Shown here: positions 17,392 to 25,177 of the stretch, one piece after another | Layout of the letters: each line of letters starts with the position of its first letter | How positions within the stretch are numbered: position 1 is the first letter of the stretch | Origin: Coleofasciculus chthonoplastes F2-STO-03 | GTDB lineage: Bacteria > Cyanobacteriota > Cyanobacteriia > Cyanobacteriales > Coleofasciculaceae | Length of the DNA: 25,177 bases | Reading direction: 5' to 3' | Assembly (NCBI GenBank): GCA_040222015.1 | Contig: JAVJWO010000102.1 | Location: forward strand, 1-25,177 | The notes under the pieces: generated by a model | Seen by the model: the letters and a program-made list of their open reading frames with translations, nothing else | What the model was told of the DNA's origin: nothing | Databases searched by the model: none | Position numbers and translations under genes: made by a program

Positions 17392-18840
17392 TTAATTGCG
17401 ATGCCAACGAGTCACACCACCGGATTGATCAATCAGCGTAATCCCTTGGGCTTTGAGTTCATCCCGAATGCGATCGCTCATCTCAAAATCCTTCCGTTTC
17501 CGCGCCTCGGTACGTTGCTGAATCAACGCCTCAATCTCTGCATCACTTAACCCACTCGTCGATTCCTGACTAATTTCCTCCCCTTGCACCTCAAGTCCAA
17601 ACACCTGCGCCAATTCCACCAATGTCTGCCATTGTGCCTCTAATTCCTGGGGCGATGTCCGGGTTTTCCCTTCATGCACTAAAATATTCCCTTCCCGCCC
17701 CAACTCTTTTGCCAGTTCAAATAATACGGCTAACCCCTCCGCGAAATTGAAATCATCATCAACAGCGGCTTGGAAGCGTTCTAAAACATCAGTTTGCCGT
17801 TTATCTGAATCTTGCCACCCTAGTTGTTCACCATACTGAATCCCAAACAGCAATCCCTCCTTCAACGTATGCCACCCATTCGTCGCCGCCGCCAACGCAT
17901 CATCGGTAAAATCTAAGGGCTTGCGATACTGTGCCTGCAAGACAAACAGCCGCACCGCCATCGGATCAGTCGCGCGATCGAGTAAATCCCGAATCGTGAT
18001 AAAATTCCCCAAAGATTTCGACATCTTCTCCCCATTCACAATCACCATTCCCGTATGTAACCAGTAACGCGCCAAGGGTTGACCCGTCACCGCTTCCGAT
18101 TGGGCAATTTCATTCTCGTGGTGGGGAAAAACTAAATCCGATCCCCCCGCATGAATATCCACCGTGTCCCCCAAATTGTCCCGAATCATCGCCGAACACT
18201 CAATATGCCAGCCAGGGCGTCCAGCCCCCCAAGGCGATTCCCAGGCGGGTTCTCCCGGCTTAGAACCCTTCCACAGGGCAAAATCAAAAGCGTCTTTTTT
18301 CTTACCCGCCTCGGCATCCGCTACCTCAACTCGTCCACTCGCCCCCGCTTGCAAATCCTCTAACTTGCGTCCCGACAGCTTGCCATACTCAGCAAAACGA
18401 CGCACGGCATAATAAACATCTCCGGCGGCGGGGTAGGCGTAATTTTTCTGTTCTAGGTCATAAATTAGCCGCTTAATCCCATCCAGGCAATGCGTCGCCC
18501 GGGGATAGGCATCCGCCTCATTCACATTCAGCCGCGCCATATCCTCAAAATAAGCCTGAATGAAGCGTTCCGAGACAGCCTCCATCGAGGTTCCCTCTTG
18601 TCGCGCCCGATTCAGGATTTTATCGTCAATATCGGTAAAATTCTGCACGTAGTTCACCTCATAGCCGCGCCATTGTAGATAACGACGGGCAGTATCCCAG
18701 ATAATGCAGGTTCTAGCATGACCCAAATGGCAATAGTCATAAGCGGTGATGCCGCAGCAATACATCCGCACCTTACCCGTCTCTATCGGGGAAAACGGTT
18801 CTTTGTGACGGGTGAGAGTATTGTACAGGGTTAGGGTCAT
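17392..18840 (-). CDS. cysS: Cysteine-tRNA ligase
   Basis: Motifs MYCCGIT, HLGH (HIGH equivalent), GRPGWHIECS, FPHHENE, KMSKS and SDRIRD. Confidence 0.98.
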   Translation of the reverse strand: MTLTLYNTLTRHKEPFSPIETGKVRMYCCGITAYDYCHLGHARTCIIWDTARRYLQWRGYEVNYVQNFTDIDDKILNRARQEGTSMEAVSERFIQAYFEDMARLNVNEADAYPRATHCLDGIKRLIYDLEQKNYAYPAAGDVYYAVRRFAEYGKLSGRKLEDLQAGASGRVEVADAEAGKKKDAFDFALWKGSKPGEPAWESPWGAGRPGWHIECSAMIRDNLGDTVDIHAGGSDLVFPHHENEIAQSEAVTGQPLARYWLHTGMVIVNGEKMSKSLGNFITIRDLLDRATDPMAVRLFVLQAQYRKPLDFTDDALAAATNGWHTLKEGLLFGIQYGEQLGWQDSDKRQTDVLERFQAAVDDDFNFAEGLAVLFELAKELGREGNILVHEGKTRTSPQELEAQWQTLVELAQVFGLEVQGEEISQESTSGLSDAEIEALIQQRTEARKRKDFEMSDRIRDELKAQGITLIDQSGGVTRWHRN

Positions 18841-18991
18841 GGCAAAAGAACAGTAAACTCAGTTGTGAGCAGATACGCAATAATGAGAAAGGATTGGCAT
18901 ATCCAGCGTACAGCTTGATGTCTTATTGAATCACACCTGTACGTTATCTTCCTATATTCTGACGTTTAAAGACAGTTCAACATAGCGCCTT

Positions 18992-20095
18992 ATGCAATCA
19001 GTCACAACTCAGTCTGCATCCGACCCAACCCTGGACGCGGCGAAACATGGCTTACCTGTCACGATTATTACCGGATTTCTCGGCAGTGGCAAAACGACGC
19101 TGCTTAATCATATCTTGAGCAACCAAGACGGTGTCAAGACTGCCGTTTTAGTCAATGAGTTTGGCGAAATCGGCATTGATAATGAACTCATTGTCACCAC
19201 CGGAGATGACATGGTGGAACTGAGTAATGGTTGCATTTGCTGCACCATTAATGAAGATTTAGTCAATGCCGTTTACAAGGTACTCGAACGGGAAGACAAG
19301 GTGGATTATCTGGTGGTGGAAACCACGGGATTAGCTGATCCCCTACCCGTCGCTCTTACATTTCTGGGAACCGAACTGCGAGACATGACGCGCCTCGATT
19401 CCATTGTTACCGTGGTAGACTGTGAGAATTTTAGTCTGGATCTATTCAATAGCGAAGCCGCCTATAGCCAAATTGCTTATGGCGATATTATTCTGCTCAA
19501 TAAAATCGACTTAGTTGATGAAGGTGATGTAGACGCCTTGGAGGTGAGAATTCGCGAAATTAAAGACGGGGCGAGGATTATTCGCACCACTCAATCCCAA
19601 GTGCCATTACCGCTGATTTTAAGTGTAGGATTGTTTGAGTCAGATCAGTATTTTGATGAGTCATCGGATCATGACCATGAACATCACGATCATGAGCATC
19701 ACCATGACCATGATTGCGATCACGAACATCACGAGCATCACCATCACCATGATCATGATCACTCCCATCACTTAGAAAATGATGGGTTTACCTCGATTTC
19801 CTTCCAGAGTGATAAACCCTTCAACATCCGGAAGTTTCAATATTTCCTGGACAATCAACTGACAACGAATATTTTCCGAGCTAAGGGAATTCTCTGGTTT
19901 GATGAAAGTCCAAACCGCCACATTTTCCACCTCAGTGGTAAGCGGTTTAATATTGAAGATGATCAGTGGAAAGGGGGAAAGAAAAATCAATTGGTGCTAA
20001 TTGGTCAAGATTTAGACCATGATAAGTTGTACAAGCAACTTGAGAATTGTCTCTGTTTACCCTCGGAAAATCGAGGTAAGGGATTTGGGGCTTGA
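18992..20095 (+). CDS. CobW/COG0523-family GTPase metallochaperone with His-rich linker
   Basis: Motifs GFLGSGKTT, NEFGE, GCICC, ETTG and NKID, a His/Asp/Glu-rich tract and a CobW C-terminal domain (RAKG, LVLIG). Confidence 0.93.
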   Translation: MQSVTTQSASDPTLDAAKHGLPVTIITGFLGSGKTTLLNHILSNQDGVKTAVLVNEFGEIGIDNELIVTTGDDMVELSNGCICCTINEDLVNAVYKVLEREDKVDYLVVETTGLADPLPVALTFLGTELRDMTRLDSIVTVVDCENFSLDLFNSEAAYSQIAYGDIILLNKIDLVDEGDVDALEVRIREIKDGARIIRTTQSQVPLPLILSVGLFESDQYFDESSDHDHEHHDHEHHHDHDCDHEHHEHHHHHDHDHSHHLENDGFTSISFQSDKPFNIRKFQYFLDNQLTTNIFRAKGILWFDESPNRHIFHLSGKRFNIEDDQWKGGKKNQLVLIGQDLDHDKLYKQLENCLCLPSENRGKGFGA

Positions 20096-20452
20096 CTACT
20101 GCTCAGTTAAGGGGAGCTGGGGGCACTCACAAGGGTAGGTTTTTTAAGCTTTGGGTGAAGGTGAGACAAGGAAGGAAAGTAGATCGGTAGACAAGGAGAA
20201 TTTTCTCCGAAAAACAGGGCTTTTTAGCCTTGTCTAGAATTCTATCCAGAACCGAATTTTGTACGGTTTTCCTCCCTTGTCTTGCCCGAATCCCACGGTA
20301 AAAGTTCGCGCAAAGGAAAGGCTAAATTCTTCCAAATCGAAAACGGAAACGGATTGGGCTTTTGGAAAATCAATTGTAGATACTCAAGAAGAGTGGGAGC
20401 GATTGATACACGATTTGATGGAGTAAACACAGATTGTATAGTTTGGTTGACG

Positions 20453-20728
20453 ATGGAAAGCATAAAGTTGAAATCCCATGTTGGGGATGATGGAGTATTA
20501 CACATTCAAGTCCCAGTTGGATTAAAAAATGAAGATTTAGAAGTGATGGTCATTTTCCAGCGCTTGAAGTCTGGCGATCGCAATTCAGTACCATTAGAGT
20601 CAAAGGGTTGGCAACCCAGATTTTTTGAAGAAGTTATTGGCAGTTGGGAGGGTGAACCGCTAGAACGTCCCGAACAACTTCCTTACGAAATCCGCGAGGA
20701 ACTGACATTTGATGAGGATGCATCGTAA
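20453..20728 (+). CDS. Putative antitoxin partner of the VapC toxin
   Basis: 91 aa from the ATG at 20453 (MESIKLKSHVGDDGVL...), with an acidic C-terminus (GSWEGEPLERPEQ). Its stop overlaps the toxin start (TAATG). Confidence 0.75.
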   Translation: MESIKLKSHVGDDGVLHIQVPVGLKNEDLEVMVIFQRLKSGDRNSVPLESKGWQPRFFEEVIGSWEGEPLERPEQLPYEIREELTFDEDAS

Positions 20729-21126
20729 TGTATCTGCTGGATAGCAATGTTTGCATTCGCCTACTCAATGAAAGCGCAAGTTCTAACATGGCTCGAAAAT
20801 TGGCAGAACTAACTCCAGATGATATTCGGCTGTGTTCAGTTGTGAAATCAGAACTCTATTACGGGGCATATAAAAGTACAAGGCGTGATCGCAATTTAGC
20901 CAATTTAAACCGCTTCTTCAGCCAGTTTATCAGTCTCCCGTTTGATGACAACGCTGCTGCCATTGCTGGACAGGTTCGCGCTCAATTAGATGTAGCCGGA
21001 ACGCCCATTGGTTCCAATGACCTGCTGATTGCGGCTATCGCCCTCTCCAATGACCTCACTCTTGTGACTCACAACACCCGTGAATTTGGTCGAATAAATG
21101 GTTTAAAGTACGAAGATTGGGAATAG
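20728..21126 (+). CDS. vapC: PIN-domain toxin
   Basis: Motifs YLLDSN, SELYYG, PIGSNDLLIAAIA, LVTHNTREF and EDW. Confidence 0.93.
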   Translation: MYLLDSNVCIRLLNESASSNMARKLAELTPDDIRLCSVVKSELYYGAYKSTRRDRNLANLNRFFSQFISLPFDDNAAAIAGQVRAQLDVAGTPIGSNDLLIAAIALSNDLTLVTHNTREFGRINGLKYEDWE

Positions 21127-21436
21127 GGTTCTGAACTGTTGAGAGTAAGATAACACCAATCCCATCACGCGCGATCGCAAACGCCTGCAACTCCTTTTCC
21201 TCTTCCTTCATCGGTTATCCAACTTTATATCTGACCTAGAGCGATTAAACATTAGTTCAATGAGTTTTTGCTGAGAACAGACTTGATCTAAACTAAACAA
21301 CCCGATCAAACAAGCGTATCGTTTTGCTTAAGTGCTTATGGCGCTCAATCACTAACCACAAATGCTTCATTCAGCACAATTAGTGCTAACTTAGTTGCCT
21401 AAATGCTGTCAACTCAGGAGAAATTAGCCCTGCTTT

Positions 21437-23653
21437 TTAGGGACATTCTGGATGACGCCCCCCATGATTACAGATATATTGCAACTGATTGGTATCTAAA
21501 TTTTTCGCCCGGGCAAAATTCACCCCCTGTACTCGCGCCCCCGACGCAGTGGCTGGAGGTTGGGTGATAAACTGATTCGATTTAACAGGCACGGCTGTAG
21601 CAAACATAGCGCCGAGGAAATCAGTTCCGGTTACATTCGCCCCCCGTAAATCTACCGCACTCAAATTCGCCTTCTGTAGCTTGGCATTTTGCAATTGAGC
21701 CTGACTCAAATTCGCCTTAACCAATTTCGTCGAACTCAAATCAGCATCCTGTAACTTGGCATGACTGAAATTGGCTCCCGATAAATCCGCCCCTTGCCAA
21801 TTGGATTGGGTCAAATCCGCAAAGCTAAAATCTCCGCCAACGGCACTCACTTGACCGAGACTTCCTCCATGTAAATTCACCAGAGATGCCTTTACCTCGC
21901 CTAAATTCGCTCCCGTCAAGCTGGCATTTTCTAATACGGCTCGCGTTAAATCAGCACCAATCAGTTGAGCGCTGCTGAAGTTTGCGCCAATGAGATAGCT
22001 ATCAGCTAAATTTGCCCGATTCAGAATTGCCCGGATCAAATTTGTGCGAGCCATCAAAACATTGTTTAAATTGGCTCCCGTTAAATCGGCTTCCTTGAGT
22101 TCAGCTCCACTTAAATCCGCAATCCAATCATCAAATGTACCCCAGCGTTGATCCGCACCCGCCCCATAAAAACGGCTGTTTTGGAAACTGCCCCCAGTTA
22201 AGATGGCGGAACGGAAATTAAGTCCGGCTAGGTCGAGGTTATCCAAAACTAAGGTAAATTGAACTGAACGGGTGTCCATTTGACTCAAGTCTATGCGACT
22301 CAAATCCGCGTCGTGCAGTTCACTGCTGTAGATGGTGAGAATTTTCGCGATCGCGCGATTGGTTGCCCGTTGTCGCAGGGCGACTAACTGCTGCTCTCCT
22401 GGCGTTCCCCGACGGGCTAATGTGTCTCGATCATTTTGCAGCGCCTGATTCAACCGTTGTAGGGGAGGTAGGGCTTCGGCTCCTTTACTCACCAAGGCTT
22501 GCTGCAGGGTATCAATCAGACTCGGTGTGTTTTCCTGTCCCAATAAATCCACCAGAAACGGCACAGCACGGGGATCATCCAGCCTTGCCAGTGCTAGAAT
22601 TGCACCTTGTCGTTCTTCTAAGGCGGTGGCGGAGGTAGAACTCAACTGCTTAACCAGCGCTAGAAATACTTGGTTATTCTGCTGATTAAATTCTCGCCAA
22701 TTTGCCTGACGTTGAATATACACCTGTGTCCCGACAAAAGTTCCCAAAACCGATGCCATTCCCGCAAACGAGAGAATCAGCAAGGTTGCTCCTGGATGAC
22801 GGCGCATCCACCACCACAGATGGGGGACTCGTCGAGATGAGGATTGGGAGGTGAGGACGATGGTGGTGACGGAGGGATGATGAGACTGATTATTGGTTGA
22901 TGTTTCGCTCTGTTGACGCCAGCCGTTGTCAAATTCTAGGGTAACGGAGTGATCCCGATCAGTCTGCCAGCCGTTGAATGAGCCGGATGCCAATCCCTGA
23001 GCCGCATTCACTACATAAGTACCTGCCATGCGATCGTGTAAAGTGCGGCGTCGTGAGTGAATCCAACCACTGCCATGTTCGATGAGTAGCATGACTCCCG
23101 CCAATCCTAATAAGATGCCAAAGTCGGGAAATGCGCCCGTATACCGCCACAGCAGATAGGCTGTACCCAGGGGGAGTCCCCAGCGTCCGACTGCCTCACG
23201 CCAAACTGCCCGGATTAATCCCGGTGGTGTTCCCATGGGTGTCACCACCCACAGTTTTAACCACTGTTTGGGGGTGGTTTGCCCCGTTTTCCCCAATCGA
23301 TAAAGTTGCCAACTGACTAAGACGACAGGCATAACAATTGCCCCACACCAGAACAAATTGGTCAGGGGGGCAACCTGGCGATTTAATCGCGCTCGTGGAT
23401 ATGCCAGAGTTTTCGCGATCGCCTCTTCTGTCGCCGCGACTACAGGATTTATGGGAACGGGTTCAGCCGGGGAATGCTCGTTGGCATACTCGCCGATACT
23501 GTACGGAATGACCGCACTCGCCGCCACGAACGACACTTCCAGAACCACGGCGGCTAACCGCCGGGTCATCATCGGTAACGCCCGGTTTAGTCGCAATGAA
23601 AATGATCGACTAACCGCTTGATTATGGACTTGTTTTATGGTAGGGCTAGTCAT
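21437..23653 (-). CDS. RDD-domain membrane protein with HEAT-like repeat and C-terminal pentapeptide repeats (HglK-like)
   Basis: RDD features (RRLAA, GQTTPK, RRTLHDRMAGTYVV), several transmembrane segments, a HEAT-like LARLDDPRAVPFLVDLL segment and a long A(D/N)LxxA series. Start placed at the ATG at 23653. Confidence 0.85.
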   Translation of the reverse strand: MTSPTIKQVHNQAVSRSFSLRLNRALPMMTRRLAAVVLEVSFVAASAVIPYSIGEYANEHSPAEPVPINPVVAATEEAIAKTLAYPRARLNRQVAPLTNLFWCGAIVMPVVLVSWQLYRLGKTGQTTPKQWLKLWVVTPMGTPPGLIRAVWREAVGRWGLPLGTAYLLWRYTGAFPDFGILLGLAGVMLLIEHGSGWIHSRRRTLHDRMAGTYVVNAAQGLASGSFNGWQTDRDHSVTLEFDNGWRQQSETSTNNQSHHPSVTTIVLTSQSSSRRVPHLWWWMRRHPGATLLILSFAGMASVLGTFVGTQVYIQRQANWREFNQQNNQVFLALVKQLSSTSATALEERQGAILALARLDDPRAVPFLVDLLGQENTPSLIDTLQQALVSKGAEALPPLQRLNQALQNDRDTLARRGTPGEQQLVALRQRATNRAIAKILTIYSSELHDADLSRIDLSQMDTRSVQFTLVLDNLDLAGLNFRSAILTGGSFQNSRFYGAGADQRWGTFDDWIADLSGAELKEADLTGANLNNVLMARTNLIRAILNRANLADSYLIGANFSSAQLIGADLTRAVLENASLTGANLGEVKASLVNLHGGSLGQVSAVGGDFSFADLTQSNWQGADLSGANFSHAKLQDADLSSTKLVKANLSQAQLQNAKLQKANLSAVDLRGANVTGTDFLGAMFATAVPVKSNQFITQPPATASGARVQGVNFARAKNLDTNQLQYICNHGGRHPECP

Positions 23654-23690
23654 GTTCAATTCTCACGCGACGCGGATAAAGGGTGGGCAA

Positions 23691-23978
23691 CTATTGGGGA
23701 GACTTAGGGGTAATGAAAAATTTATACACTACATAGAGGATTATTCCCAATAGGGCGAGGCTAATTAACGAGGTAATCAGTTGGAAAACAGTCTTCAAGA
23801 GGGATAAACTCAAGCTGCCGCCGACAATCACCACAATCACTTTACCAACGGTAGGCAGGCTGTTAAACCAAGCACTGATTTGATTGAACCGTTGCTTCAT
23901 CGGATAGGTGTTATAGAAGGGCGGTTGAAAGGGATTTCCCACAGGCGTGGATTGGTCGTTGTCTCGATTCGGTTCCAT
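23691..23978 (-). CDS. Small hypothetical membrane protein
   Basis: 95 aa with two hydrophobic helices, co-oriented with and just upstream of the pentapeptide gene. Confidence 0.7.
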   Translation of the reverse strand: MEPNRDNDQSTPVGNPFQPPFYNTYPMKQRFNQISAWFNSLPTVGKVIVVIVGGSLSLSLLKTVFQLITSLISLALLGIILYVVYKFFITPKSPQ

Positions 23979-24235
23979 CTGGGAAGAGAATTAGGTTGTA
24001 GAAATCAGGTTATATGTTTTGATTTTAGAGGTTTGAGCAATGTTTCGGGCAATTCTTAGGGGCTCACTTTCACGACTAAGATAGGTCGGTGGCAATAAAG
24101 CTATCTATATTAAGTTCTGTAAATAAACCTCAAACCCTTACAAATGACAAACAGGAACAGAATCAGTTTCAGGCGGTCTATTAATTTAAGATAATCAGCT
24201 TGAGAAAGACTTAAACAATAGTGGAGCTTAAGATA

Positions 24236-24661
24236 ATGAAACGACTGAAACAGTGGATAATTGTTCCAACCACCTTAGCGATGCTGCTAGCGAACGCAGG
24301 TTTGCTCCATAGTCAGACCGCGCAAAGTTTAACGCCAGGATTTAATGCCCTGAAATTTGAAGGCACTTCCACTCAAGGGAACAATTGTCAAGTGGCTAAT
24401 ATCCAACCGCAGTATACAATCACATTGGAACAAGACTTCGGTTCGTTGAACTTCAGCCTCCAAAGCGCTGGTCAATCGGCTTTGATCATTGAACCATTGA
24501 ATTCAGCAGGCGAACCCGTGGCAAGTGGTAGACAATGTGTGTTAGCCGCTGCGCCAGGGCAAACCGTTGAAGCACCGGGATATTGGGAAAAAGGCAATTA
24601 CCATATTTATATCGTTGATAGCGCTGGAGGGCAAAGTTATACCCTCTCCATTAGTCAGTAA
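24236..24661 (+). CDS. Hypothetical exported beta-rich protein
   Basis: Signal-peptide-like MKRLKQWIIVPTTLAMLL, two cysteines, and a GYWEKGNYHIYI...YTLSISQ C-terminus reminiscent of PPC-like domains. Confidence 0.7.
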   Translation: MKRLKQWIIVPTTLAMLLANAGLLHSQTAQSLTPGFNALKFEGTSTQGNNCQVANIQPQYTITLEQDFGSLNFSLQSAGQSALIIEPLNSAGEPVASGRQCVLAAAPGQTVEAPGYWEKGNYHIYIVDSAGGQSYTLSISQ

Positions 24662-24678
24662 GTATTGTAAACAATACT
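24661..24678. terminator. Hairpin at the stop codon, possible terminator
   Basis: AGTATTGT-AA-ACAATACT. It is AT-rich and has no strong U-tract. Confidence 0.3.
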
Positions 24679-24680
24679 GT

Positions 24681-24797
24681 TAGCGGTCACAAACTGATCT
24701 TTTGTCATGCAGAGCTTCGTGAAGTACAGCGTAACATAGTCGTGAGATTCTTCACTCCGCTATCGCTCCGTTCAGAATGACAAATTTGACCGTGCTA
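24681..24797. repeat. Imperfect long palindrome (GTCAT...ATGAC-type REP-like element)
   Basis: TTTGTCATGCAGAGC (24701) versus GTTCAGAATGACAAA (ending 24784), with inner GTGAAG/CTTCAC and outer CGGTCA/TGACCG pairs. Confidence 0.65.
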
Positions 24798-24846
24798 TAG
24801 GTGGGGACAATTAAAGTTAACGGCGCAGAGCGTCATTCGTCCTTGG

Positions 24847-24900
24847 CTCCCCCAACTCCCCCAACTCCCCCAACTTCCCCAACTTCCCCAAGTTCCCCAA
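24847..24900. repeat. Nonamer tandem array x6
   Basis: CTCCCCCAA x3, CTTCCCCAA x2, GTTCCCCAA x1. Confidence 0.95.
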
Positions 24901-25177
24901 GTTCATCGTATCTACGAAGCTGCTCAAGTATTTTCATGCCCTCTGCACTAGGGAGTGAGATAGCCATCCCTCTTTCAACGGGATGCTTCTGGAGAGTCCC
25001 CAGGTTCAACGAAGTAACCTGGGGAGGAATAGCGGAAAACCGGAGGGACGGAGGTTTCCAACACCTTTCCCCTAAACCACGCATAATTTACACGAACGCT
25101 TAAGCAACTTGACTTTTTTGGGGGAGAATTGCCCAATTCTTTTCCAGTTGACATCATAGATTGATACGTTTTTAGAT

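Larger units (their letters stand above)
406..23423. repeat. Dispersed HIP1 octamers (GCGATCGC)
   Basis: About 20 copies counted by eye, e.g. 406, 2162, 2823, 6323, 9733, 12777, 20574, 22347 and 23416. Confidence 0.92.

Noticed and set aside
18880..18902. Possible Zur box upstream of the COG0523 gene (AATGAGAAAGGATTGGCAT)
   Set aside because: Poor symmetry and poor fit to the TGATAATnATTATCA-type consensus.
19665..19770. Repetitive CATGAC/CATCAC DNA
   Set aside because: Explained by the His-rich metal-binding linker usual in COG0523 proteins.
20242..20505. Upstream extension of the antitoxin ORF (from TTG 20282) and the antisense 87-aa ORF
   Set aside because: The antitoxin-like sequence starts at ATG 20453, and neither alternative has recognisable features.
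21374..21390. AGCAC-AATTA-GTGCTAA as a CIRCE element
   Set aside because: Spacing and arms do not fit TTAGCACTC-N9-GAGTGCTAA, and no chaperone gene follows.
1382..23621. Numerous 60-110 aa ORFs nested in or antisense to long genes
   Set aside because: They are shadow frames of well-supported CDSs with no independent evidence.
24801..25157. Three short overlapping ORFs at the right end
   Set aside because: They have no recognisable motifs, are partly encoded by the nonamer array, and overlap strong hairpins.
25148..25177. TTGACA as a -35 element for a gene beyond the window
   Set aside because: No convincing -10 element at the right spacing within the visible sequence, so it cannot be assessed at the edge.

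Overview
Cyanobacterial chromosome segment: about 20 HIP1 GCGATCGC octamers, heptamer tandem arrays and GTAG-type palindromic repeats point to a filamentous, Oscillatoriales-like host (inference). Left to right it holds: a stand-alone DUF4388/PATAN-like gene divergent from an HTH-AAA_35-GGDEF fusion; trmB; a two-kinase phosphorelay pair; a DUF1295 membrane protein directly behind putA; a convergent restriction-modification pair (Eco29kI-family GIY-YIG nuclease plus an SPPY amino-methyltransferase); a truncated haemoglobin (glbN); an MscS channel; a 5'-truncated PQQ sugar dehydrogenase remnant; cysS; a CobW/COG0523 GTPase; a VapBC-type toxin-antitoxin pair; an HglK-like RDD/pentapeptide protein; and two small hypothetical genes. 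No rRNA, tRNA, CRISPR array or transposase was seen. The most unusual observations are: (1) the NTPase-diguanylate cyclase fusion lacking its feedback I-site; (2) the GIY-YIG nuclease paired with an amino-MTase rather than a C5-MTase, with apparent CCGCGG avoidance; (3) small palindromic repeats translated inside putA and the DUF4388 gene, and supplying a stop codon; (4) trmB bracketed by mutually inverted repeat arrays; (5) two unexplained, highly structured non-coding segments at about 20150-20295 and 24905-25075. All calls come from reading motifs by eye; no database searches were run.
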